A stretch of 40,958 bases of DNA from Candidatus Thorarchaeota archaeon (GTDB lineage: Archaea; Asgardarchaeota; Thorarchaeia; Thorarchaeales; Thorarchaeaceae). Position 1 is the stretch's first letter. Every line of letters starts with the position of its first letter. The stretch lies in the NCBI GenBank assembly GCA_029858305.1, contig JAOUFI010000014.1, forward strand, positions 1 through 40,958, written 5' to 3'. A program made the translations under genes and the position numbers. The notes below the pieces were generated by a model, which made no database searches, was not told the origin of the DNA, and saw only the letters and a list, made by a program, of their open reading frames with translations. Shown piece by piece: positions 17,899 through 26,967 of this stretch.

Positions 17899-18831
17899 AT
17901 GAGACCACCATGTGAGATTGTCCAGAGAGAATTCCTTCCAGCTGTGAGAACTCAACTAGCACAATCACTTCAGAATAAAGGACTCTCCCAAATGGAGATA
18001 TCCTCAAGGCTTGGCGTCACTCAAGCTGCTGTCAGCAAGTATCTGAATCAATCATCGCCTCAAAGCGAATTGAGTGAAGAAATAGGAGAATTAGTTCAAA
18101 GACTGACAGATATGATTCAAAATCCTGAAACGAAGGCTGATGCCATTGTTAAGGAGTTATGTTCTGCGTGCATGTTCTCTAGACTTGGATCAACTTTGTG
18201 TAAGATGCACCAAAACAATGTTAACGCACTAAAAATAGAAAATTGTCAGATTTGTTCTCAACTTCTGGGTGGAAGTGATGATGATCTTTCCGAACGGGCT
18301 TTGGTCATAAGTGATATGCAAGATGCCTTACGAACCATAGTGAACTCTTCCTCCTTTGAGAGAATTGTGCCCCAAGTGCGTGCCAATCTTGTCGCATGCA
18401 CCTCGGATGCAGAAGGCATTGAAGATGTAGCTGGAGTACCTGGTCGGATTACAATAATCAGTGGTCGCGCTATAGCTCCTCTTGGACCTGAATTTGGAGC
18501 ATCACGGCATACTGCAGAGCTATTGCTGAATGCTCGTGACATATGGCCAAATGTCAGAGCATGTCTATGTGTAAGTGGAAGAGATGAGGTTGTTAAGGCA
18601 TCATCCAGGGTCGGATTCAGAGTCACGTCCCTGACAGAATCTGAGAGTGATGCATCCAAAATTTCTAACCGATTAAGAAGCATGAGGAAAAGTGTAGGTA
18701 AAGCTGTTAGATATCCTGCTATTCATGTCCCTGGAGGATTTGGAGTCGAGCCGATTCTATATCTTTTTGGGGCTTCTGCTACAGAACTCTCTCAACAATG
18801 TCTGAAGATTAGCGATTTGATTAATGCTTGA
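17899..18831 (+). CDS. thiR: ThiR-type regulator: HTH + Cys/His-rich linker + ThiN (thiamine phosphate synthase-like) domain
   Basis: 'MRPPCE', HTH 'LSQMEISSRLGVTQAAVSKYL', and ThiN motifs 'VPQVRANL', 'DVAGVPGRI', 'PEFGASRH', 'GGFGVEP'. Divergent from thiBPQ. Start moved from 17782. Confidence 0.85.
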   Translation: MRPPCEIVQREFLPAVRTQLAQSLQNKGLSQMEISSRLGVTQAAVSKYLNQSSPQSELSEEIGELVQRLTDMIQNPETKADAIVKELCSACMFSRLGSTLCKMHQNNVNALKIENCQICSQLLGGSDDDLSERALVISDMQDALRTIVNSSSFERIVPQVRANLVACTSDAEGIEDVAGVPGRITIISGRAIAPLGPEFGASRHTAELLLNARDIWPNVRACLCVSGRDEVVKASSRVGFRVTSLTESESDASKISNRLRSMRKSVGKAVRYPAIHVPGGFGVEPILYLFGASATELSQQCLKISDLINA

Positions 18832-18906
18832 TTCAGATAGTGTCTTACATCGTTTTATTTTTGATGCATCATAGAATACATCCTCGACTGCGCGAGGCGC
18901 TGAGTA

Positions 18907-19770
18907 ATGGTCACGATACGTCAAGGTATGATGAAGGATTGTACAGATTTACTAGAGGTCTATCAGGGAACTCGTTGGTTCTATAGGATGAAAGAAGGTG
19001 GCTACAAGACCGTTGAACAGGTAAAAGAAGAGCATCGGGGTGCTGCCTTCGAACGCTGGGGTTGGCTTGTTGCTGAAGATAAAGAACGAGTTGTTGGAGA
19101 AATTGTCTTTCGATCTGAGAAGACGCCATCGACTGGGAAAGTCGGCATCATCAGGAACCTTGATGTTGATGTAAGAAGCCAAAAATCAACTATCGGAACC
19201 AAGTTAACAAATGCTGCCGAAGCAGTATTACGGAAGAGGAAAGTAGTACGGGTGATTGCAACCACTCCCCCTGCATCCTATAATTATTGGATGAAAGTGA
19301 AATACTTTGCACGAGGGTCCATAATAAATCTAAAACTTTCACCAGACAAATTACAAGAAAAAAGTACAACAGCAGTAAGGACCGTAAAACTTGGGAAACA
19401 GCGCAAATTACCCACTACACTGAAATTCTCACACATTGCCTATCCCGGAGCTCTAGCTGAACTTGCGGGAGATGTTATTGACGAACGACTTGATGGAAAG
19501 CTCTTAGAGTACTATTCTAAGGATCGTCTGATAGGAGTAGGAGTTGTCGCAAAGCAGGATGCCAAAAGTGCCAGGTTTGTCGCAGATGTGACAAAAAGAG
19601 GGCTTGAGTATGTTGATGTCGTCATATCTAGGACAGCAAAGACTGCTGCTAGTTGGAAAGTAAAGACAGTTCAAACAACAATTTCAAAGGACCATCTGGC
19701 TTTGTATATGTCACTCAACAAATGGTCCTCTGAGTTGTCTACAGATATCCCTGTGACGAGATTGTTGTAG
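18907..19770 (+). CDS. GNAT-fold protein (N-terminal acetyltransferase-like domain), very basic
   Basis: 'IRQG...D', 'LVAEDKERVVG', 'IRNLDVD..SQKSTIGTKL' and 'YNYWMKVKY'. Confidence 0.7.
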   Translation: MVTIRQGMMKDCTDLLEVYQGTRWFYRMKEGGYKTVEQVKEEHRGAAFERWGWLVAEDKERVVGEIVFRSEKTPSTGKVGIIRNLDVDVRSQKSTIGTKLTNAAEAVLRKRKVVRVIATTPPASYNYWMKVKYFARGSIINLKLSPDKLQEKSTTAVRTVKLGKQRKLPTTLKFSHIAYPGALAELAGDVIDERLDGKLLEYYSKDRLIGVGVVAKQDAKSARFVADVTKRGLEYVDVVISRTAKTAASWKVKTVQTTISKDHLALYMSLNKWSSELSTDIPVTRLL

Positions 19771-19772
19771 TC

Positions 19773-21953
19773 CTACTCCTTGCCTGATTCTTCATGTAAG
19801 AGTGGAAGTGCCCAGTTAGCGAAGACGAATGTTCCACCTATTGCCCAGATACTTGCTAGATTTACATGCCACATCAAGAATGCAATAGTTGTAATTCCTA
19901 GAAACAGAAAAGCTGTTCCTATTACAAGTGCAAATACTACATCCAATATCAACACTGGTTTGAGTGAAGCTCCCTTTGTTTTTCTATATAGTGGGATAGC
20001 AATAGCTAATCCAAGCAATACGGCAAAGCTGACGATTTCCTCAATACGTATCGATGCAAAACCAAAGACACGCTCAATTTCTGCCACATCCCCTTCAGGT
20101 GTAATCATAACAACTCTAACTGTGTGTTCAGTCTTACTGTATAATCCCATATCAATGTAGAAGGTGAAAGCTCCAGATGTTACATCTTCAGTAATATTAT
20201 CATATAGCGGCAAGACTATATCATCAACATACACAGCGACTGTAAGATTATCCCAATCACTTTCAACACTTACTCTAAACGCCGCATTTCCGATTGTCAC
20301 TGCATTTGTTGTAAGAAACCGTAATGTCGGTGCTCCAAGGTTATCAATTACCCAAACCATTGTGAATTTCCACATATAATCAGGGCCAGCATATGCTCGC
20401 AATGTCACATTATGCTCTCCTTCACTAAATTGTGTTGAATCCAGACTAACAGCATTATAGCCAGGAAGTAAAGTTATGTTGTGAAATTCACTAGCTAGCT
20501 GATCATCCACATAAAGTGACAGAGTGACATTATCATAGGGAGTATGGACTCGAATTCCGAATTGAACTTCTCCGGAAACAACGTCATAGTTTGTTAAACC
20601 AGAAATCCATACCCTCACATAATCTAAGAAAATTAGGTTTAGAGTTTTAAGAACAGATGCTCCTTCTCCTGTATATGCGGTGATATTAATCACGTGGTCA
20701 CCGTTCTCATATCTTGAGGTATTGATTGAGTAGTTATATGCGCCAGCCAAAATTACTGTTCTATTGAATTCTTCAGTTATTTCACCATCTACCGTGACAT
20801 TCAGGTACAACTCCGGATGAGTGGAGGTGATGTTCAACCACAAATCAGTTAGACCTGTTACGATGGTATTCGGAGCAGGCGCCAAAATTACAAGAGAAGG
20901 CGCCATATGGTTGTTTATGACGAAGGTCAGATGGTACACTGCACGTGCGTTCTCACCAGTCACATTGTATTCAAAGAGTAGAGTGAAGTTGAGGGTTCCT
21001 TCAGGAAGTACTAAGCTATCAATAGATATGGTCTGCTCTTTGATTCCGATATGAGAGTTGTTGAAATAGGCATACTCTATCACACCATTCACAAATAGTG
21101 TAAAGTTCAGTGGGTCATATTCTGATCCTATAATCAATGTCAGGTTGAAGACTCCTGAAACCATTGTTTGATTGGCAGGACTCAAATGGTCGATAGTGAT
21201 CGGTACTCCATCATTATCAACTAAATACACAAGATGCAGTGCATATGCAAAGTGTGTTGCAAGCAAATCATATTGGAAGTACAATGTGAAATTATCATAT
21301 CCCTCCATGAGGGTGCTTGTATCAACAGCTACACCCAAAACTCCTGTACCTATCAGTGCTGGATTGTAAGATGAGAGGGGTTTACCCTCAACAAAAACAG
21401 TGAGATTGAGTTCGCTATAGTCAGATGTGACATTGATGTTGATATTAATGATCCCACTGATTTTTGTTCCATTTGCTGGTGAGATTAATGAAACATCAAA
21501 ATTCGGACCAGTATTATCAACGAAATAGAGGAGGTAGACTGACTCTTTCTCAGCAAGATACTCAAAGAGTATTGTGAAGTTTAACATTCCCTCAGCTAGA
21601 GTTGCCGAATTTACAGTAATAGTCTGGGTCCAACTAGGGCCTGCAGGAACATTTGTCTTATTATATGAAGGATATATTGCACCATCAACAAATAGAGTGA
21701 TGTTCACTGTAGCAAAATCTGAGGTCATATCTAAAATGATATTGAAAGTTCCTGATACTGGACTACCATTTACAGGACTCGAAAGAGACGCTGTGATATT
21801 TGGGGAATCAAAACCAGCTGTCCTCAGAATGTTGAGCGGAGCGCTCATTTTTTGCGTGTCTTGTGCATATGGCGATATTGTCTGGACTTGGGTACTGCCC
21901 ACAATCATGAATGCGACAAATATGAGCGCCAATAATCTACTTGTTCTTTTCAT
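19773..21953 (-). CDS. secreted, membrane-anchored protein with six Ig-like repeats
   Basis: N-terminal signal peptide, six ~98-aa beta-rich repeats, many N-X-S/T sequons and three C-terminal hydrophobic helices. Confidence 0.8.
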   Translation of the reverse strand: MKRTSRLLALIFVAFMIVGSTQVQTISPYAQDTQKMSAPLNILRTAGFDSPNITASLSSPVNGSPVSGTFNIILDMTSDFATVNITLFVDGAIYPSYNKTNVPAGPSWTQTITVNSATLAEGMLNFTILFEYLAEKESVYLLYFVDNTGPNFDVSLISPANGTKISGIINININVTSDYSELNLTVFVEGKPLSSYNPALIGTGVLGVAVDTSTLMEGYDNFTLYFQYDLLATHFAYALHLVYLVDNDGVPITIDHLSPANQTMVSGVFNLTLIIGSEYDPLNFTLFVNGVIEYAYFNNSHIGIKEQTISIDSLVLPEGTLNFTLLFEYNVTGENARAVYHLTFVINNHMAPSLVILAPAPNTIVTGLTDLWLNITSTHPELYLNVTVDGEITEEFNRTVILAGAYNYSINTSRYENGDHVINITAYTGEGASVLKTLNLIFLDYVRVWISGLTNYDVVSGEVQFGIRVHTPYDNVTLSLYVDDQLASEFHNITLLPGYNAVSLDSTQFSEGEHNVTLRAYAGPDYMWKFTMVWVIDNLGAPTLRFLTTNAVTIGNAAFRVSVESDWDNLTVAVYVDDIVLPLYDNITEDVTSGAFTFYIDMGLYSKTEHTVRVVMITPEGDVAEIERVFGFASIRIEEIVSFAVLLGLAIAIPLYRKTKGASLKPVLILDVVFALVIGTAFLFLGITTIAFLMWHVNLASIWAIGGTFVFANWALPLLHEESGKE
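20060..21800 (-). repeat. six degenerate protein-level tandem repeats (Ig-like); boundaries approximate
   Basis: Repeat starts SPVNGSPVSGTFNI / SPANGTKISGIINI / SPANQTMVSGVFNL / APAPNTIVTGLTDL / GLTNYDVVSGEVQF / TTNAVTIGNAAF. Each is followed by a V[DEN][GD] turn and a later 'xxEG/ENG/KTEH' turn. Confidence 0.75.
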
Positions 21954-22040
21954 TCTGGTGCCTTCCTAAAATCCAATAATCTCTTATCGGGCGGATGGAG
22001 GCAGAGAAATTGCACTGCTTTTAAGCGTAGCGCAAGTTGT

Positions 22041-22095
22041 AGTGTCGTACAAGAGACACTCCATTGATTTTTTTACATATTATAGGAATATGTAA
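22041..22095. promoter_or_regulatory. two inverted repeats upstream of the glycyl radical enzyme gene
   Basis: AGTGTC-N8-GACACT (22041-22060) and a perfect TTACATATT-ATAGG-AATATGTAA (22073-22095), immediately before a TTTTTTAAG TATA-like box. Confidence 0.65.
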
Positions 22096-22109
22096 TTTTT
22101 TAAGACAGA

Positions 22110-24551
22110 ATGCTCATGCCAAGGGTACTTCTCCATGGTGGTGTCTACACCTTGACCCTTGATGAGAACAGTATCCCCTTCATAAAAATCTGGGCACCTT
22201 CTGACAATCTATCTGAACGTGTTCAAAAGCTTAGGACGCACTTCTATTCATTTGCTAGTCGAAAAGAAACCAATGAACCATACTCATTTACAACTGGAGT
22301 CGACTGGGATGAAGTCTACTCCGTCCATGATTGGGCGAATGAACCAGCAATCTATCCTTTCTTTCCCTCAATTAATCAGACCTTGAAATCCATGGTAGTA
22401 AATGTAGATTTACCCGAAGATTATTGGAATCATACTCTGGCAAAAAGGAAAGCCATATTCTTTCATGAAGTCATGACCAAGTATATGCCAGTTATCATAA
22501 TTGATGGAGAGCTGATAGTTGGTTTCAATTTTAATACAGCCCTTTCCAGATCTTTGAACAAATCAGAGACCTCAGCACGGAATAAAGCGATGAAAAAGTA
22601 CTTCAAAGAAGCAACTCGTCTAAACGAAGTTGGCGTGGGTACTGCTTCTGCTGTACCCGGTCATCTTATCCCCAACTATGCAAAGGTCATGAGAATAGGG
22701 CTTCGAGGGATTGCTGAGGAATACGAGGCACTGCTGGAACGTGATTTATCAGCAGAACACCGTGAGTTTGTTGAAGCATTGATTTTGAGTTGTCTTACTG
22801 GAAGAGATGTTGGTCATCGCTATGCGAAGAAAGCGCGAGATCTAGCTTTGAGTGAAACGAATATTCAAAGAAAAGATGAGTTAATGAAGATCTCTGAAAT
22901 GTGCGAAAGAGTTCCTTGGGAGGCACCCACAACATTCTGGGAGGCTTTGCAGTCACTCTGGATAACTCATATGCTTGTGATGGCTGCCGAGTCGTACCCC
23001 GGAGCGGGTCTGTCTCACGGTCGTTGGGATCAATACATGTATCCCTTCTACAAGAAGGATCTTGAATCAGGCGAGATTACCCGTGAGCAAGCAAAAGAAA
23101 TCATGCAGTGTTATTGGATAAAGCACAACTACGTGTATGATTTCCAAGGACGCTTGGGTATTAATCAAGGGATAAATTCAAGCTTTGGTCAGTTGATGAC
23201 CTTAAGCGGTTGCGGACCGAATGGAGAAGACCTGACAAATGACCTAACCTGGTTGGCTCTTGAGGTGATTGATGAAATGAATCTCTTCGAACCAAAGCCA
23301 AATGTTAGACTGCATCGAAACACTCCACAAGATTTTCTTATGCGTGTTGCAGAGATGATATCGAAAGCACAAGGTTCCCCGTTCTTGATGAATTTTGATG
23401 AACACAGCATTGAGGGAATGGTCTGGCAAGGTGTTCCTCGTGAAGATGCGTGGGACTATGGTATTGTCGGATGTCTAGAAAACACGATGCAAGGTAACGA
23501 TCGATCTGATACTGTCGATGTCAACTTCAACCTGGCTAAAGCTGTTGAACTCGCACTAAACAACGGAAAAGACATGGCGACGGGAAAACAAATCGGCATC
23601 AAAACAGGAGACCCTCGTCGTTTTGAATCATATGACCAGTTTTTGGACGCAGTTAAGAAACAAATTGTTGAGCTAATCCGGTTGCTGACAGAATGTGGCA
23701 ACATGGCTGACACAGTGCGAGCGAAGTACCAGCCTACCCCATACCTCAGTGCTCTCATGGATGGATGTGCAGAACGAGGAAAGGATGTCAATGAAGGTGG
23801 TACTGATTGGAACTTTAATACACTTGAAGGCATGGGAATCGCTACTCTAACAGACTCTGTAGCTGCTGTCAAGAAAATGGTCTACGACGAGAAACGAGTA
23901 AGTATGTCAGAACTTCTAAAGGCAATTGAAGATAATTATGATGGGCATGAAGAGCTTCGACAACTTCTCCGTTCAAAGGCTCCTAAATTTGGCAACGATG
24001 ATGATGCTGTTGATAATATCGCCAAAGAACTTTCAATGTTCTGGGCGATGGAGGCTTTTAAACGCAATAATTCCTATACAGGTCGCAGATACCGAGCTGG
24101 GTACCTGTCATGGAACTATTTTATTCCCCTTGCACCACTCACCGCCGCTACACCTGATGGGAGAAGAAGAGGAGAGTTCTTGTCTGGTGGGGTTGGAGCT
24201 GTCCAGGGAATGGATGCAAAAGGTCCGACGGCTTCCATAAGGTCTGTTGGAAAACTTGGTCTTGAAACCGTTCCTAATGGGGCTAGTCACACTATCACTC
24301 TCAGTCCGTCAATGGTGAAGACTCCTGAACATGTCGAGAAGCTTGCTGCATTGCTAAGAGCATACAACGAAGTGGGAGGAACTGCCCTACAGATTAATAT
24401 CATTGACAGCCATACTCTACGCGACGCTCAAAAGAATCCTGATGCATACTCAAACCTAATGGTACGAGTGACTGGATATAATGCCTTTTTCACGCAGATA
24501 GGCAGAGAGTTACAGGAAGAAATCATAACACGTACGGAGCATATCCTCTGA
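22110..24551 (+). CDS. glycyl radical enzyme (PFL2/eliminase-like GRE), substrate unknown
   Basis: Single-Cys loop 'VGCLE', Gly loop 'VRVTGY', plus 'GRWDQY', 'PKFGNDDD' and 'ATPDGR'. The probable real start is the TTG at 22152, after a GGTGGTG RBS. Confidence 0.93.
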   Translation: MLMPRVLLHGGVYTLTLDENSIPFIKIWAPSDNLSERVQKLRTHFYSFASRKETNEPYSFTTGVDWDEVYSVHDWANEPAIYPFFPSINQTLKSMVVNVDLPEDYWNHTLAKRKAIFFHEVMTKYMPVIIIDGELIVGFNFNTALSRSLNKSETSARNKAMKKYFKEATRLNEVGVGTASAVPGHLIPNYAKVMRIGLRGIAEEYEALLERDLSAEHREFVEALILSCLTGRDVGHRYAKKARDLALSETNIQRKDELMKISEMCERVPWEAPTTFWEALQSLWITHMLVMAAESYPGAGLSHGRWDQYMYPFYKKDLESGEITREQAKEIMQCYWIKHNYVYDFQGRLGINQGINSSFGQLMTLSGCGPNGEDLTNDLTWLALEVIDEMNLFEPKPNVRLHRNTPQDFLMRVAEMISKAQGSPFLMNFDEHSIEGMVWQGVPREDAWDYGIVGCLENTMQGNDRSDTVDVNFNLAKAVELALNNGKDMATGKQIGIKTGDPRRFESYDQFLDAVKKQIVELIRLLTECGNMADTVRAKYQPTPYLSALMDGCAERGKDVNEGGTDWNFNTLEGMGIATLTDSVAAVKKMVYDEKRVSMSELLKAIEDNYDGHEELRQLLRSKAPKFGNDDDAVDNIAKELSMFWAMEAFKRNNSYTGRRYRAGYLSWNYFIPLAPLTAATPDGRRRGEFLSGGVGAVQGMDAKGPTASIRSVGKLGLETVPNGASHTITLSPSMVKTPEHVEKLAALLRAYNEVGGTALQINIIDSHTLRDAQKNPDAYSNLMVRVTGYNAFFTQIGRELQEEIITRTEHIL

Positions 24552-25528
24552 TGAGTACAACTGGTATTGTAACCAATATTCAACGGTGTTCAACTGAGGA
24601 TGGTCCAGGTATAAGGACGACTGTCTTCTTCAAAGGATGTCCAATGAAATGTCTCTGGTGTCACAATATTGAAACCATTGATCCAGATCCGACACTTGTT
24701 TGGTATGCAGTGAAGTGCATTGGTGATCAAGCCTGCGTTCGAGCATGTCCAGAGTCTGCTCTCGAATTAACTGCTGATGGCATGAGAATTGATAGAACCC
24801 TCTGCAAAGTATGTGGTTCTTGCGAAGATGCTTGCCCTACCGGAGCAATGAAAGTTATGGGAAAACTCTGGAGTGCAGAAGATCTTGTGGAAGAATTACT
24901 TCGAGACAAGGTGTTCTTCACAACATCAAATGGTGGGGTGACCCTCTCTGGAGGAGAGGCAACTTTCCAAGTTGAGTTTGCTATTCAAGTAGCATCTGGT
25001 CTGCAAAAGAATGGAGTGCATATTGCTTTGGACACTTGTGGTTATTGCAGTGAGGAGAGCTTCCAGAGAATTCTCTCACACGTCGATTTGGTACTATACG
25101 ACCTCAAAGTAATGGACTCTCAGCAGCATAAAGAATACACGGGAGTTCCAATTGAACGAGTATTATCGAATGCAAGGATTCTTGCACAGAGTGGAAAACC
25201 CGTTTGGATAAGAACCCCTGTGATTCCTGGGCATACTGATAGCGAGGAAAATATTCGTGCTATTGCAAAATTCATTGTTGAGAATATGCCAAATGTTGAA
25301 CGATATGATCTTCTCGCCTTCAATAGGATGTGTACGGAAAAGTACACATTATTTGATCTGGAGTATCCCCTGAAAGATACAGAACTAATGACTGACGAAA
25401 CCATGGAGCATTTGGCCGAGATTGCTCGAAAAGAGGGTGTGCCCCTCGTAGCATGGTCTGGAATGACAAGGAATTCTGCTAAAGGTATTTCGACAAAGGA
25501 ACCGGAGGTAAGCTCCTGTGGAAACTAA
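24551..25528 (+). CDS. glycyl radical enzyme activating enzyme (radical SAM) with ferredoxin-like insert
   Basis: 'DGPGIRTTVFFKGCPMKCLWCHN', insert CIGDQACVRAC / CKVCGSCEDAC, and 'GGVTLSGGE'. TGATG overlap with the GRE gene. Confidence 0.95.
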   Translation: MSTTGIVTNIQRCSTEDGPGIRTTVFFKGCPMKCLWCHNIETIDPDPTLVWYAVKCIGDQACVRACPESALELTADGMRIDRTLCKVCGSCEDACPTGAMKVMGKLWSAEDLVEELLRDKVFFTTSNGGVTLSGGEATFQVEFAIQVASGLQKNGVHIALDTCGYCSEESFQRILSHVDLVLYDLKVMDSQQHKEYTGVPIERVLSNARILAQSGKPVWIRTPVIPGHTDSEENIRAIAKFIVENMPNVERYDLLAFNRMCTEKYTLFDLEYPLKDTELMTDETMEHLAEIARKEGVPLVAWSGMTRNSAKGISTKEPEVSSCGN

Positions 25529-26345
25529 TATTCTAAATCAAGAACTCGTAGATGCAATACAAGTTTTCATGACTCCAAAGTTCATGGTAACAAAAGACTC
25601 GAATAACGAGCCAAATGTAGCCTTAGTTATGACTTGGACTATATATGACGAAAACAGACTTGTTTATGGCGACTTCATGACTGTAAAGAGTCGTGAAAAT
25701 CTCATTAATGGAAATCAGAAGATGTCCATTCTTGTCTTTACCTTAGGATTAGATAGCTGGTTGATAAGAGCTGAATTCGAATCGTTTCATCGTAATGATG
25801 ATGTCTATGAATTCATGGCACAAACTCCGTTATTCAAATACAACCAATATACGAACGCTAGAGCCGCTGGAATTGCTAAGGCGATTTCAGCAAGTCAGAA
25901 GTATAGCATCTCCAAACTCGCTGTGCTCTCATCTTTCATAAAGGCACAATTAGCTAAGCGCGGAGTACCCATTGAGGAAACATATGAAGGAAATATGCCC
26001 AAGAATATTTATGATGCATTCTCGAAGATGGCCGCGGTAAAGGTACTTGCGTTTATTGATGCGGATGGATATCCTGTGGCGTTTCCTGAGTTTGGAATGC
26101 TGCCTGTTTCTTCTAATACTATTGTAGTAAAGCGAAAAGAAGAGAAAAGACGAGGATTGCACCTTCATGAAGGCCAGAGAGTTGCAATCTCATTAGTAAC
26201 CCTTGAGCCTGCTGCATTTCAATTAAAAGGTGTATTCCATGAGATCAATGATTCAACTGGGTATATTTGCTTGGACAAAGTCTATGCTTGTTCTCTTCCC
26301 CGTCCTGGTGTACGTGTCGACATACCAATGCTGATTCCAGAATGA
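25518..26345 (+). CDS. tandem pyridoxamine 5'-phosphate oxidase-like (split beta-barrel, flavin-binding type) protein
   Basis: Two related starts, 'PKFMVTKDSNNEPNVA...KSRENL' and 'VKVLAFIDADGYPVA'. GTG start with a GGAGG RBS, overlapping the activase by 11 nt. Confidence 0.7.
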   Translation: METNILNQELVDAIQVFMTPKFMVTKDSNNEPNVALVMTWTIYDENRLVYGDFMTVKSRENLINGNQKMSILVFTLGLDSWLIRAEFESFHRNDDVYEFMAQTPLFKYNQYTNARAAGIAKAISASQKYSISKLAVLSSFIKAQLAKRGVPIEETYEGNMPKNIYDAFSKMAAVKVLAFIDADGYPVAFPEFGMLPVSSNTIVVKRKEEKRRGLHLHEGQRVAISLVTLEPAAFQLKGVFHEINDSTGYICLDKVYACSLPRPGVRVDIPMLIPE

Positions 26346-26416
26346 TAGTATTGAGTTTTGTCACACCACAACCCTTTTTGTACGCACATTACGTTACGCA
26401 AAATGGTGTACCCTAC

Positions 26417-26953
26417 TTGAAGACATGGGAGTATCTTTCGAAAGATGGTCGTCCGATTAAGGTACGTCCAGCTCAGCGCGGTGATGCTCAATACTTACAC
26501 GAAGGCTTCAAAGAAGTTGTTGATGAGGGACGATGGCTACCAACGTTTTCAGTGAATGCCAATATAACTGACTGGGTCCACTGGATTGAAAAAACAAACC
26601 ATAGTAGAGAAATACTCCTGATTGCGTTTCTTGATGATGATTACGCGGGTCATTTAACATTGCAGCCTGAAGAATGGAATGCTTCTCAACATGTGGCAAA
26701 GCTCGGCATTATTGTAAGAAAACCATGTAGGTATCTAGGTGTTGGTCGTTCCTTGATGCTAGCTTCTGAGGAAATTGGGTTGGAAAAGGACTACACAAAG
26801 ATTATCCTCAGTACATTTGAGGACAATACGATTGCTATTGATCTCTACAAACAATTAGGATATCGTCTCGTAGGTGTTCGAAAGAAACATTTCAATATGC
26901 CCAATGGATTTATAGATGAAGTACTTATGGAGAAGGAATTAATTGGACAGTAA
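26417..26953 (+). CDS. GNAT family N-acetyltransferase
   Basis: 'VRPAQRGDA', 'LGIIVRKPCRYLGVGRSLM' and 'N..AIDLYKQLGY'. TTG start after GGTG preferred over the ORF-track 26267. Confidence 0.88.
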   Translation: MKTWEYLSKDGRPIKVRPAQRGDAQYLHEGFKEVVDEGRWLPTFSVNANITDWVHWIEKTNHSREILLIAFLDDDYAGHLTLQPEEWNASQHVAKLGIIVRKPCRYLGVGRSLMLASEEIGLEKDYTKIILSTFEDNTIAIDLYKQLGYRLVGVRKKHFNMPNGFIDEVLMEKELIGQ

Positions 26954-26967
26954 GTAGAGTGCGCACC

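Noticed and set aside
22110-24551. Calling the GRE pyruvate formate-lyase or an alkyl/benzylsuccinate synthase
   Set aside because: There is no Cys-Cys pair and no small accessory subunit genes; the sequence alone does not support either label.
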